The notes: generated from the sequence alone by a model not told the origin. A stretch of 64,000 nucleotides of DNA from a bacterium (GCA_963662285.2 CAXXMV010000001.1:640001-704000); one strand, 5' to 3'. Numbered from the stretch's first letter, positions 31,235 to 41,197 are shown. Translations and numbers: made by a program.

Positions 31235-33118
31235 TTGTCTATGCTTGAATTGAACGATCAACAAAAGCAAGCGGCTGAGTTCTATCAAGGAACAGCGATG
31301 GTAATTGCAGTGCCGGGCAGTGGTAAAACGCTAACCATGACTCATCGTATTGGCAACTTGGTTGAAAAATACAACGTGCCTCCCGAACAGATATTGGGGA
31401 TGACGTTTACCCGTAACGCAGCTCATGCCATGCGGGAACGTCTCAAGCCGCTGTTGGATAAAAAGGCCAAGCGCGTTCTATTGACCACCATCCATAGTTT
31501 CTGCTTTTACGTGTTGAAGCGGGAAGGCTATGCATTCGAATTACTCACCGGCCACGATCAAGCATCGTTACTCAAAAACATCATTAACGATCTTAAACTG
31601 AAGAATCTGACCGTGGGTATGGTACTGCGAGAGATCAGCCTTTCCAAAAACAACCTGATACTATTGGATGAGTTTCAGAATTTACATGACGGCGATTCAA
31701 CCATGCTTCAGGTTGCCCAGGTTTATGATCAGTACGAACAACGCAAATCGAAGAAGATGTTGTATGATTTCGATGATTTACTGCTCAACGTCCAGGCGAT
31801 TCTGAATGAGAAGCATGATGTTAGAGACAAGTACAGAGAAATTTACCGCCATATCCTGGTGGATGAATTTCAAGATACCAATCCGGCGCAAATGGAAGTG
31901 TTAAAACTGTTGCTGGCAGACTCGACCGAAGAATCCAGTTGTTGGGTATGCGGTGATGATTGGCAAAGTATTTACGCATTCAATGGAGCCAGCGTCAGCA
32001 ATATCCTCAACTTCAGAGATATATACCCGCAGACGGAAACATTTGTCTTGGATATCAACTATCGCTCAACGCCCCAGATCATTGAAGCCTGTCAAACTCT
32101 GATTCAGTTCAACACCCGCAAGATCGATAAACAGGTGCAAGCCCATAATACTGATGGTGATGCGGTTATTACTTTGGATTGTTCCAGTGAAGAAGATGAA
32201 GCCTTACAGATCGTCAATGAGATAAGAGACTTGGTTGGTCGAAAGGGATACCATTATTCTGATATGGCGGTTTTGTATCGCGCCAACTATCTCAGCCGTA
32301 CCATAGAAGAGATATTCTCACAATACAAGATTCCATACGCCATTGAAAACGGGATGAATTTCTATCAACGCCGCGAAGTTAAATGGTTGTTGGATTACAT
32401 GAGAGTGATTAGCGCTCCAGATTCATGTGAAGGAGACGAAGCGTTACGCAGTATCATCAACATACCCAATCGTTACATCGGCAAGAAATTCGTGCAGGAA
32501 TTGGAGCAATATGCATCTGAACAAGGCATCCATTTGTATGAAGCGTTGAAGACCATAACGATAGACGCCCCATATCTACGTCGTAATGTCAGGGAATTGG
32601 TTCGCTTGCTTGATCCGTTAGTGGCAGAATCAGAATTCATTGAGCCAGCAGAACTGATTCACATTCTGCGTGAGGTACTCGATTATGACCGCTTTGTCGC
32701 TGATGACGAGATTCCCAGCCCGGATGACGCCAAGATCGATAACCTCAATCAGTTGAAATTATCCGCCGCCAAGTTCGATGATGTAAAGAGTTTTCTGCAA
32801 TATACCGAGACTTTTCAGGATAAAACGGTTGGTTCTGATCAAGAGGGTGTTCAGTTAATGAGCATCCACAAAAGTAAAGGCATGGAATTTTCCGTCGTAT
32901 TCGTCATTGGCTTAATTCAGGGAATCCTACCATCCCACAGAGAAGGCGATATCGAAGAAGAACGTCGCATCTGCTTTGTAGGCATATCCCGCGCCATGCA
33001 ACTATTGTATCTCAGCACCTGCCAGGTTCATCTTGGTCAACCCGCCGTCAAGTCCGTATTTATGGATGAGATCGTTGGGAATCAAGAAAACTGCCATACC
33101 TCTTCACAGCAAGATTAG
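31235..33118 (+). CDS. UvrD/PcrA-family ATP-dependent helicase
   Basis: AVPGSGKT, TFTRNAA, VDEFQDTN, GDDWQSIY, NYRS, HKSKGMEF, EEERR. Confidence 0.95.
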   Translation: MSMLELNDQQKQAAEFYQGTAMVIAVPGSGKTLTMTHRIGNLVEKYNVPPEQILGMTFTRNAAHAMRERLKPLLDKKAKRVLLTTIHSFCFYVLKREGYAFELLTGHDQASLLKNIINDLKLKNLTVGMVLREISLSKNNLILLDEFQNLHDGDSTMLQVAQVYDQYEQRKSKKMLYDFDDLLLNVQAILNEKHDVRDKYREIYRHILVDEFQDTNPAQMEVLKLLLADSTEESSCWVCGDDWQSIYAFNGASVSNILNFRDIYPQTETFVLDINYRSTPQIIEACQTLIQFNTRKIDKQVQAHNTDGDAVITLDCSSEEDEALQIVNEIRDLVGRKGYHYSDMAVLYRANYLSRTIEEIFSQYKIPYAIENGMNFYQRREVKWLLDYMRVISAPDSCEGDEALRSIINIPNRYIGKKFVQELEQYASEQGIHLYEALKTITIDAPYLRRNVRELVRLLDPLVAESEFIEPAELIHILREVLDYDRFVADDEIPSPDDAKIDNLNQLKLSAAKFDDVKSFLQYTETFQDKTVGSDQEGVQLMSIHKSKGMEFSVVFVIGLIQGILPSHREGDIEEERRICFVGISRAMQLLYLSTCQVHLGQPAVKSVFMDEIVGNQENCHTSSQQD

Positions 33119-33172
33119 AGCGAAGCATTACACCCAAAACCAAATACAATTTCAAAATCATAGGAGAATAAT

Positions 33173-34102
33173 ATGTCTCAAGTAACCACATTAGGAGAAT
33201 TACGTGCGCAAGTCGAAAAGAAATCCCTGAACCATTGGGATGATTATATTCCAGTGAAGGATATTCAGTTCGTTGGATTACAGAAAAACATTATCCAAGG
33301 TGACGAGCATCTAATGAGACCAGCGGCGCAACGGGCGATCTGTAACCGGTTGGGAATACCAATTCAGTATTTACAGAAATGCGAGCCGTTATTGCAAGCA
33401 GTTAACCTGAACGAATGGCTACCCAAAGAACGCAATGATAATCTGTTTGTGAGATTCGACGGCAATGATATCAGGGCTATATTCACACCGCGTTACAAGC
33501 CAATCGATAACCTGCAAGTGTTGGATCGCTTATACGAACAGGGATACAACGATGATAATAAGATTCAATGCTCATTAGATGATGAGTTCTTTATGCTCAA
33601 TATCCCCGACAAAGAAAAATCCTTTCAAGTCCGGCATGGCGACCGAATGGAACCGGGGATCAGTATCGGAAACAGCGAAGTCGGTATGTCATCACTAACC
33701 ATTGCAGCATTTGTGCTCCGGCTTATATGCACCAACGGTTTGATCTCCACAACTAGCGTTGAATCTTCATACCGGCATGTATCACATCGTATTCTGAGCG
33801 AGTTCCCGCAGGTGCTCAATCAGGTAAGCATGGATCTCAACCGGCAGCGTAACCAATGGGAAATTTCCGCCGATAGCCACGTCGATAATCCAGAAGGCAC
33901 GCTTCGCTCATTCAATAGACAATACAATCTGGATAAGCAAGAAACCGAAGCAGTTGATTGGGCATGGAGTCAAGAATCAGGCGAAACCATGTTTGATATC
34001 GTGAACACATACACCAAAGCCGCGCAGCATCCCCAGTTACCAGCCGAAAGCGAATATCAGTTACAAAAAGTAGGAGGCAATATTCTGGCGATGATAAACT
34101 GA
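33173..34102 (+). CDS. DUF932-like protein
   Basis: NSEVG.SSL...RLICTNG motif. Confidence 0.75.
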   Translation: MSQVTTLGELRAQVEKKSLNHWDDYIPVKDIQFVGLQKNIIQGDEHLMRPAAQRAICNRLGIPIQYLQKCEPLLQAVNLNEWLPKERNDNLFVRFDGNDIRAIFTPRYKPIDNLQVLDRLYEQGYNDDNKIQCSLDDEFFMLNIPDKEKSFQVRHGDRMEPGISIGNSEVGMSSLTIAAFVLRLICTNGLISTTSVESSYRHVSHRILSEFPQVLNQVSMDLNRQRNQWEISADSHVDNPEGTLRSFNRQYNLDKQETEAVDWAWSQESGETMFDIVNTYTKAAQHPQLPAESEYQLQKVGGNILAMIN

Positions 34103-34198
34103 GAGCATTTCAAGTCTCCCAGGAAACATGAAATATCAGCCCCAAAAGAACCAGAATTCAAAAAACCGAAATTTAACAAACTAGAAACGAGGTGATAC

Positions 34199-34534
34199 AT
34201 GTCGAAAACCACTGCCCTGATTGATGAGATACGAGATGATTTGCAAAGGTTACAAGCGCTGTCCAATGAAATGAAAGTCAAATACCGTGAACTGGCCGCC
34301 ACACTATTAAGCGCCCGCGCATTGGTTCCAGAAAATCGCTGGGAAGCATGGGTATCAGCCAACCTGGAATTGGATGTATCAGTCGTCGAATCGGTGATGG
34401 AATGCGATATACCAGCGCTAGGCATCAACTCGCTGATGCTGCCATTAACTTTCGATGAAGTACAGCAAGCGTCAGAAAGTTCCAAGCCTAATGGAAGCCG
34501 GATTCACAACAGAAAATCTAAGAAAAAAGTTTGA
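34199..34534 (+). CDS. Hypothetical protein
   Basis: GAGGTG RBS; last gene of the operon before a terminator. Confidence 0.55.
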   Translation: MSKTTALIDEIRDDLQRLQALSNEMKVKYRELAATLLSARALVPENRWEAWVSANLELDVSVVESVMECDIPALGINSLMLPLTFDEVQQASESSKPNGSRIHNRKSKKKV

Positions 34535-34564
34535 TGCGTTGAAATGAATATTGATTTGCGATTG

Positions 34565-34590
34565 ACTCCATGAATTGTGGAGTTTTTTTT
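34565..34590 (+). terminator. Rho-independent terminator
   Basis: ACTCCA/TGGAGT stem plus T tract. Confidence 0.65.
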
Positions 34591-34619
34591 GTTGCATGAT
34601 GATACCTATGAATATGAAA

Positions 34620-34940
34620 TCAATCTGAACTATTTATAATCGCGTCGGGGATTGTGTATGGGAGTAGTACGGTATCTGCGGCGAAACTGAGTGGTAGATC
34701 AATTAATAGAAGCGGCAAAACTATGGGTGATGGTTTGTTTTCCTTATCGCTGGCGATCTCGCCCATTGTGCTTGCGTCGAAGCGTACTCCTGCATAGATT
34801 TTGTTATCAGGGGGATTCGGGAGTGGCGTGAAGCCTTCACCTACCGTCATCCCCATTAACGTGCCGATGCAGCCGGTTTGCATGAAAAGTACAAATGCCA
34901 TCAATGAGGCTGATAAAAAATGTTTGATTGATTTATACAT
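34620..34940 (-). CDS. YceK/YidQ-family lipoprotein
   Basis: Lipobox QTGC, YAGVRFD, LIDLPLSFAADTVLLPY. Confidence 0.85.
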   Translation of the reverse strand: MYKSIKHFLSASLMAFVLFMQTGCIGTLMGMTVGEGFTPLPNPPDNKIYAGVRFDASTMGEIASDKENKPSPIVLPLLLIDLPLSFAADTVLLPYTIPDAIINSSD

Positions 34941-35100
34941 ATCAAGATTCTCCTAGATCAAAATATTTTATATAAATATCAATTCAAATTAGGATTGACA
35001 AATCTTTCATAATACAACGTCATCCAAAAAAAGAACGAGCGCCGCGCTTTCGCGTATTCGAGCAGATATTTCATGCTTTAACCGCTGGTTGATGTATTTT

Positions 35101-35198
35101 TGTCTGAATCAGGATTTGCTGGATTAAAGGATGTACTTGATAAAAGCCCAAACCAACATCCTGAGTATCCTTCTATCATGGGTATCCAGATTCAGACA
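35101..35198. repeat. REP-like inverted-repeat element
   Basis: TGTCTGAATC...GATTCAGACA terminal IR; related half-copies at ~59231 and 61436-61477. Confidence 0.55.
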
Positions 35199-35356
35199 GG
35201 CTTGGTAATCGCCCTGGCAGAACCTTCTGCTTTCGCTTACCAGCCCCGCCAAGGCAGTTTTTTGTTTGCACGGATTCTCACCGTGTCGGGGATGGAACTG
35301 GACTCCTTGTATACTCCTGAACGATTCGCACCGTCCAGATCTGATATTTGGGAGTA

Positions 35357-35470
35357 CTGCACAAACGAAAACCCCTGTTGTTTTTCCTGTTGTTGGGGTT
35401 GTTCCTGTTACGATTTGCAGAACGGCAGTTCCTGGTGTTGTTGTTCCAGCTGCCGCCCCGAAGAACCCTG
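35357..35470 (-). ncRNA. DGR template repeat (TR)
   Basis: 114 bp, ungapped match to the VR at 36995-37108; AAC-rich, reading [37 protein letters not shown] in the VR frame. Confidence 0.96.
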
Positions 35471-36541
35471 AGCGTCCATCCCTTCTACTCGTTGGAAAAC
35501 CAACGGGCCTATTACTTTTTCCCGCAACCGCCAACTATCTGCATGAGATACATGAGCAATCCAACTCATAATTCGTTGTTTTGCATCGTTTAAGTTTACT
35601 TCTTCATTGCTATACGCTTTTTGCAATTCTCTGAATCTGCTTCTGGCTTTCTGTACATTGCCAGAGACAACGCGAACATAATTTTGAAATACCCTGTATC
35701 CCAAGAATGTTATACCTTTGGAAACTGAGAAAATTTGGCTCTTGATTGGATGGATAATCAATCGGTTATGCTCTAGAAATCTTTCAATTTGAATACGCCA
35801 TTCTTGTAATTGTTCTTTGGAATCAGATAAAAGTACGAAATCATCCACATATCGTAAATAAGTCTCACATTTCAATGTTTCAATTACAAAATGGTCAAAT
35901 GGATTCAAGAAAATATTGGCGAAATGCTGGCTGGTCAAATTACCGATGGGAATGCCGCGACGGCGTTCGATATGAGTAAAAAGGTCGTCACTTGGGAAAT
36001 ACTCCACGATTTCTTCTTGAGGATTACTGGCGTCAATGATGGTATCCAGGAGCCAAAGTGTATTGGGACACTTGATCTTTTTTCGCAATAATCCTTTGAG
36101 AATTGCATGATCTATGCTGGGAAAATATTTTCGGATATCTGCTTTGAAAACATAGTTATATCTTTTGGCATAATACTTTAGGGCTTGTATGGCCCGATGC
36201 GTTCCATACCCGTTTCGGTTAGCGAAGGTTTTGTTCGTGTATGTGTTTTCAAATATGGGCATCACTATTTGGCAAACCGCGTGATGGATCACTCTATCCC
36301 GGTAAGGCGCGGCGGAAATGTAACGTCTTTTGGTATCGAATACTTCAAAGCAGGTATAATCCCCAGGCCAATACGAATGATTTAGAAGTTCTTGCTGAAG
36401 TTTCATAAGATTCTTTTCCAAATCGTAGTTAAAGCGAAGCACTTGGTCATGATACCGCTTACCCCGTTGAGCGTTTTTTGCGGCGCGAACCAGGTTATCC
36501 CAGGTTACGATTTGAGAGAACAAGTTACTATGTCTTTTCAT
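35408..36541 (-). CDS. DGR reverse transcriptase
   Basis: [29 protein letters not shown] (DGR-type), [12 protein letters not shown]. Confidence 0.97.
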   Translation of the reverse strand: MKRHSNLFSQIVTWDNLVRAAKNAQRGKRYHDQVLRFNYDLEKNLMKLQQELLNHSYWPGDYTCFEVFDTKRRYISAAPYRDRVIHHAVCQIVMPIFENTYTNKTFANRNGYGTHRAIQALKYYAKRYNYVFKADIRKYFPSIDHAILKGLLRKKIKCPNTLWLLDTIIDASNPQEEIVEYFPSDDLFTHIERRRGIPIGNLTSQHFANIFLNPFDHFVIETLKCETYLRYVDDFVLLSDSKEQLQEWRIQIERFLEHNRLIIHPIKSQIFSVSKGITFLGYRVFQNYVRVVSGNVQKARSRFRELQKAYSNEEVNLNDAKQRIMSWIAHVSHADSWRLREKVIGPLVFQRVEGMDAQGSSGRQLEQQHQELPFCKS

Positions 36542-36885
36542 GCTGACCTTCCCTGTTGCCGCAGCCAGCCGCCCAGCATGGAGCCGATTTCATTCATATT
36601 GACGCTGGCGAATTCGTATTGGCGGTTGCTGAAAATATTGAAATCTTTGAGAAGGCGGGTTTGAAATCGAATGACCTCCAAATCCACGTTCAGTTTTCGT
36701 AATATTTCGTTCCGTGCGCGACTATACCTTGCCTGGATAAGGCCTTCCAATAGACCATAAAGCAACGATGTCATCCTATTTCCCAAACCAAAGCGGTGAT
36801 CCCGCGGCATGCGGTTTAGATGGGGTATATACCATAGAATCAAATCGTAAGTTTTTTGTATGATGGGCAGTTCTTTTTCGCTCAT
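36538..36885 (-). CDS. avd: DGR accessory protein Avd (four-helix bundle)
   Basis: YDLILW, PRDHRFGLG, EIGSMLGGW; ATGA overlap with the RT gene. Confidence 0.92.
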   Translation of the reverse strand: MSEKELPIIQKTYDLILWYIPHLNRMPRDHRFGLGNRMTSLLYGLLEGLIQARYSRARNEILRKLNVDLEVIRFQTRLLKDFNIFSNRQYEFASVNMNEIGSMLGGWLRQQGRSA

Positions 36886-36913
36886 TCTTATATACTCCCA
36901 AAAAAAATCGCGT

Positions 36914-36926
36914 CGGGCTTCGCCCG
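36914..36926 (-). promoter_or_regulatory. GC-rich hairpin downstream of the VR (candidate DGR homing hairpin and/or terminator)
   Basis: Minus strand CGGGC-GAA-GCCCG followed shortly by a T tract, ~60 bp after the target stop codon. Confidence 0.6.
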
Positions 36927-36984
36927 CATTTTAAAATGGAAAAAATTTAAATGGCAAATGGTAAAATAGTAATATACCAAATGG

Positions 36985-39525
36985 CTACTGAGTCCTGCAC
37001 AAACGAAAACCCCCGCCGTCCCTCCCGCTGCCGGGGACGCTCCCGCAACGATTCGCAGAACGGCAGACCCAGGTGACGTAGTACCAGCTGCCGCCCCGAA
37101 GAACCCTGTACGAGCCAGAACTTGCACCTTCAGGATCATTGTTTGGAGAATTGGCATAATAATTGCTATCATACCAATCATTACACCACTCCCACACATT
37201 GCCGCTCATATCAAACAGACCAAATTCATTTGGTAATTTCGTTCCGACTTCATGGGTCTTTGATCCCGAATTGCTAGTATACCAGGCATAATCGCCAATA
37301 TTTCCATTTTCCCAATAATAATCTGTCGTTGTTCCTGCCCGGCAAGCGTATTCCCATTCAGCTTCTGTTGGCAAGCGAAAAGTCCCATATCCCATCTCAT
37401 TCAGTTTTTGAATAAAGGTCTGGCAATCATTCCAGGAAACTTGTTCTACTGGATGGTTGTCTCCACTGAAACGTGATGGATTGCTCCCCATCACCGCCTG
37501 CCACTGCGCTTGGGTCACCTCATACATCCCCATATAGAAATCTTTAGAGATTGTAACCTCATGAATCGGTTTTTCATCTGAATCACCAGAATTACTACCC
37601 ATATCGAAAGTACCCGCCGGGATTTTAACCATAACCAGTTCCTTCGCCCCGGCGGGGAGAGTTAGGGAAATGGTTTCAGTTTCTTTGTTTTCTGCTGATT
37701 TCAGAACTTCCTGCACCGCATAATAGGCGGATTTGGCATTGTAATTGTCATCGAATAGCAATGGAGTTCCCCAGCCGGGATAGGTTTCGGGAATCCAGGT
37801 ATACTTGTCTGTGAATCCCCACATGATTAATCCCGTACAATTATCCGCTAATAGACAAGCATCTAATATGCTGGCATAGATATTCGCTTGCTCGTCTAGC
37901 ATTGCTTGCGTTGCGGGCTGCTTCAGGCTGACATCCAGTTCTGTAATCTGGCATTCCACACCAATCTCTGCAAAACGATTCATATAAGCGATTAAATCAA
38001 CGGATGATGGCACTGGGGCAGGAGCATGGATTCCAGTGGATGGATCAGACGCATTGACGCCTAGATGCATTTGCAGCCCGACGCCGTCAATGGGAACGCC
38101 ATTTTCTTTGAGCGCTTTCACCAGATCATAGATTCGTTCCGATTTATCCCCCAAACCTTCCGGATCGTAATCGTTGTAGAACAGTTTAATGTCAGCACCG
38201 ATGTTTGATGCGGCTACGTAAGCATACTCAAAGGCCAACTCGACATATTCAGCACCAATCTTATCTGCCCAGAACGAATTTACACTGTTATCGTCTACTT
38301 TAGAACTTAGCCTAATAACAGGATTATCCACGTAATCTAACGCCAAATCTCCTTGATCGGGCACAGCCTCGTTTACCACATCCCAAATGATAACGCGTCC
38401 GGGAAAGTTATCAGCGAAGTGTGTGACGACCGTCTCAATATAACCATGGAGAAGAGCAATTGCATCGACCTTATCTAATTCAACCTGATGTTTCTCAAGC
38501 CACGATGGAAGATTGTTGTATTTCGGGTTGTGCCAAACCAGGGCATGGCCCCGCACATGCATGTCATTGGCGGCGGCGAACTCGACGATTGAGTCTGCAT
38601 CTCCCCAGTTGTAGTCTGAGGCAGTGATGTTTTCCCAGTTAATGTTTGGGTTATACAACAGCGCGTCCATCTTCATCTCATTTTCAGGGGTGATGATGTT
38701 AAACTCACGCGCCAGCGTAGCCTTGTAGTTCTGGTCGTTCCATGGGGTGTTTTGGATAGTTCCGTTACTGTTCCAGGTATTCATACGGATTGAAGAGCCT
38801 ATTTTGAAGTTGGCTTTGTCAGCGTAGGTGCGCAATCTTTCACCATCAGGCTCTATAACTAAAATTGAAGAATTATTCTCATCGGGAACTATACTAATTG
38901 TATTTGGATCATCCCCATCGCCATCCAAAAACGCGCCGTCGTAATATCTACCTGATTCGAGGAGATAGACGTCAAAGTTATCGATGTAAAAAGTTACCGT
39001 TCTACCGCTGTTTTCAGGATTGTGAAGCTGGATGAACGGATCGAATCCCAATCCCGGTGGAACAAACAAAACAGAAACCTGTCTCCATTTGTTGTGAAAT
39101 TCAGATAAACCCGCCGGGCTGTTGGTGGGCACATCGATAGAACCGCTTTTCCCAATCGCCCCTATCGTGATAGAGCCTTCAGTGCCGTCCATTCTTACAT
39201 TGCAGCGAATCAGGGCAGCGTTGATTGCGTTAAACGATTTATTAAAAATCATAACGCCTTCGCCCGGATCGGCGGTGACGCGAACCCCAATCCCATCCGT
39301 AGCGCTCTCGAATGAGTTGTTCGTGGGTATTGTCACGCCAAACTGAACATCGGCTAAAGGTAAAGCGCCAAAACCAGCGCCTTGTATTGTTATGCCATTG
39401 GCTGCTGCGGATTTACCAGCAAAATCAATACGTATAGGATCATCCTGGGCATAGATAGTCTGACATAATATAATACTAATAAATACATATAACACATTCA
39501 CGAATAAATTCTTCATAATAATCAC
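36985..39525 (-). CDS. DGR target: secreted protein with GH10 xylanase-like domain and C-terminal FGE-type CLec domain containing the VR
   Basis: Signal peptide; GH10 motifs TPENEMK, GHALVWH, WDVVNEA, YNDY, GLQMH, ITELDV; FGE motifs [30 protein letters not shown]...GFRL. Confidence 0.93.
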   Translation of the reverse strand: MIIMKNLFVNVLYVFISIILCQTIYAQDDPIRIDFAGKSAAANGITIQGAGFGALPLADVQFGVTIPTNNSFESATDGIGVRVTADPGEGVMIFNKSFNAINAALIRCNVRMDGTEGSITIGAIGKSGSIDVPTNSPAGLSEFHNKWRQVSVLFVPPGLGFDPFIQLHNPENSGRTVTFYIDNFDVYLLESGRYYDGAFLDGDGDDPNTISIVPDENNSSILVIEPDGERLRTYADKANFKIGSSIRMNTWNSNGTIQNTPWNDQNYKATLAREFNIITPENEMKMDALLYNPNINWENITASDYNWGDADSIVEFAAANDMHVRGHALVWHNPKYNNLPSWLEKHQVELDKVDAIALLHGYIETVVTHFADNFPGRVIIWDVVNEAVPDQGDLALDYVDNPVIRLSSKVDDNSVNSFWADKIGAEYVELAFEYAYVAASNIGADIKLFYNDYDPEGLGDKSERIYDLVKALKENGVPIDGVGLQMHLGVNASDPSTGIHAPAPVPSSVDLIAYMNRFAEIGVECQITELDVSLKQPATQAMLDEQANIYASILDACLLADNCTGLIMWGFTDKYTWIPETYPGWGTPLLFDDNYNAKSAYYAVQEVLKSAENKETETISLTLPAGAKELVMVKIPAGTFDMGSNSGDSDEKPIHEVTISKDFYMGMYEVTQAQWQAVMGSNPSRFSGDNHPVEQVSWNDCQTFIQKLNEMGYGTFRLPTEAEWEYACRAGTTTDYYWENGNIGDYAWYTSNSGSKTHEVGTKLPNEFGLFDMSGNVWEWCNDWYDSNYYANSPNNDPEGASSGSYRVLRGGSWYYVTWVCRSANRCGSVPGSGRDGGGFRLCRTQ
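36995..37108 (-). repeat. DGR variable repeat (VR)
   Basis: 24 mismatches to the TR, all at TR adenines on the coding strand. Confidence 0.96.
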
Positions 39526-39643
39526 CTTTTTGAGATAATTTATAAACGCCTAACAAATTAGATCGTATTTGAACTGTATAATCAAGTGTGCTCCTTATTT
39601 TTGCGCTTGAGTGGATAATAATTCGATTTATCCAAAATCAATT

Positions 39644-39967
39644 TCACAGCAACCCTTTTACCCACATAATACAATTTTCAACGATTCCAAAGGTGGCAAG
39701 GATGATTGGTTTGACTTGTTCATTCCGCATTGCATATTCAAGCGCCCACAATGTTAGAATCGAATAAATGATTGTTAGAATCTTTATGATCAGTATTTCT
39801 TCCACTATGCGGCGGCATTTGGCGCGGAAGGGCAGTTCACGGAAGGTTGCTTTTCGGCGGCGGGGCCGAGGGATGAATACAATTTCCCCATACTGGTTAA
39901 CCTCATAGTCTCCCCGGCGATCATTGGTCGGCATGGTTCCAAGAGGACTTTGATACAATCGAGCCAT
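39644..39967 (-). CDS. Hypothetical membrane protein, last gene of the E2-JAB-E1 operon
   Basis: AAGGAG RBS, basic N-terminal half, hydrophobic C-terminal segments. Confidence 0.6.
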   Translation of the reverse strand: MARLYQSPLGTMPTNDRRGDYEVNQYGEIVFIPRPRRRKATFRELPFRAKCRRIVEEILIIKILTIIYSILTLWALEYAMRNEQVKPIILATFGIVENCIMWVKGLL

Positions 39968-39985
39968 CTCTCCATCTCCTTTGGA

Positions 39986-41191
39986 TTAAAAGACTGTTTC
40001 GTGAGGCTTTAATGAATCCCATATACATTCTGGATCATCATCGGGTATTTCATCACATAGCATGGCAGGTTCCGAGTATTCAGGATTTCGCTTATTCTGG
40101 CAGATATCACAATTTGATCGCGGCCCGACAAAGCGCGTAGGGAAAATATCAAACGGTTTCTGAAAAGGATCATGGCCTTTGCAAAACGCTCCGCCAACAA
40201 ACCAAAAACAGCGGTCAGGATTTACAATCTGTGCATAGGCATCGTTGTGATTGCGCAAAAGAACGCCCAAGGCTATCTGGGCTTCCAGACTGGACACAAA
40301 GTTGACGGCTGCGTGCAAACCCGGCTGACCTTCATAATCGTCCCGGCCAGTTGCAGTACTATAATCAATGGGACCGCGTTTCTGTTGGACGACTACGCCT
40401 CCACCTTTTAAGCAACATAGGCAGGGCGTTTCCCATTCGGGAACATAAGCGAAGACCTCGCCGCCGATAGCATTTTCATAACAACCACCAAACACGGCGG
40501 GTGTTCGATGGTTTACCGCCCATTCATTGACCATAAGTTGAACAGCCAATATATCGGTGGATGCGATAACCAGACTGGATTGGGTAAACAAATCGTACAT
40601 AAACGTATCTGAATCGTCTTGAAAGATATCCCGTGGATAGCATTGAACCTGAGCATTGGGGTGAATATCCATAATCCGGTCTTTCACAACGGAGACTTTG
40701 TTGCGTCCAAGATCGCTGAATCCCCCTTCATGCCGCGAGAGGTTGGAGGCTTCCATCGTATCAGGATCAATCAAGATAAAATTCCCAACTCCAGCACGTG
40801 CCAATTCCAGGGCCAGGTAACTACCGCCAGTTCCACAACCGAAGATGGTTACAGTGGAATGTTGTAGAGTCTTCAGGCACGCAGGATCGAAGGGAGTCCG
40901 CGCAAACACATCATGATCTTCAATTACCTCAACCTGTGTGAGTGAAAGATGATTCTGACTCCAAATGAAAACCTTGGGCTGCGATGAGTGTGCGAAGACA
41001 AATAACCAGGGAGACTGGGGAGGCGTTGGAATTGCCTCTCCCCGGTGCAAGACCTGTCCAATTACAGATCGGTCGTGCGTCATTTCAGGAGCGCAGATAT
41101 GAGCCGTGTTTTCCTCTTCACGGATAACGCCATGAATCTTCATACCCGGTTTTAACTGCGACAGTGCGTGAGACGAAATAAACACTCTCAT
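39986..41191 (-). CDS. ThiF/E1-like adenylating enzyme
   Basis: GCGTGGS, LARAGVG, DPD...SNLSRH, GRNKV, STD, Zn motifs CLCC and CDIC. Confidence 0.92.
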   Translation of the reverse strand: MRVFISSHALSQLKPGMKIHGVIREEENTAHICAPEMTHDRSVIGQVLHRGEAIPTPPQSPWLFVFAHSSQPKVFIWSQNHLSLTQVEVIEDHDVFARTPFDPACLKTLQHSTVTIFGCGTGGSYLALELARAGVGNFILIDPDTMEASNLSRHEGGFSDLGRNKVSVVKDRIMDIHPNAQVQCYPRDIFQDDSDTFMYDLFTQSSLVIASTDILAVQLMVNEWAVNHRTPAVFGGCYENAIGGEVFAYVPEWETPCLCCLKGGGVVVQQKRGPIDYSTATGRDDYEGQPGLHAAVNFVSSLEAQIALGVLLRNHNDAYAQIVNPDRCFWFVGGAFCKGHDPFQKPFDIFPTRFVGPRSNCDICQNKRNPEYSEPAMLCDEIPDDDPECIWDSLKPHETVF

Positions 41192-41197
41192 GATAAT

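Noticed and set aside
35100-35593. Several short ORFs over the TR and spacer
   Set aside because: Shadows of the low-complexity TR and the RT antisense strand
35408-36541. Group II intron or retron RT
   Set aside because: GNLTSQ motif, adjacent avd and an adenine-specific TR/VR pair identify a DGR
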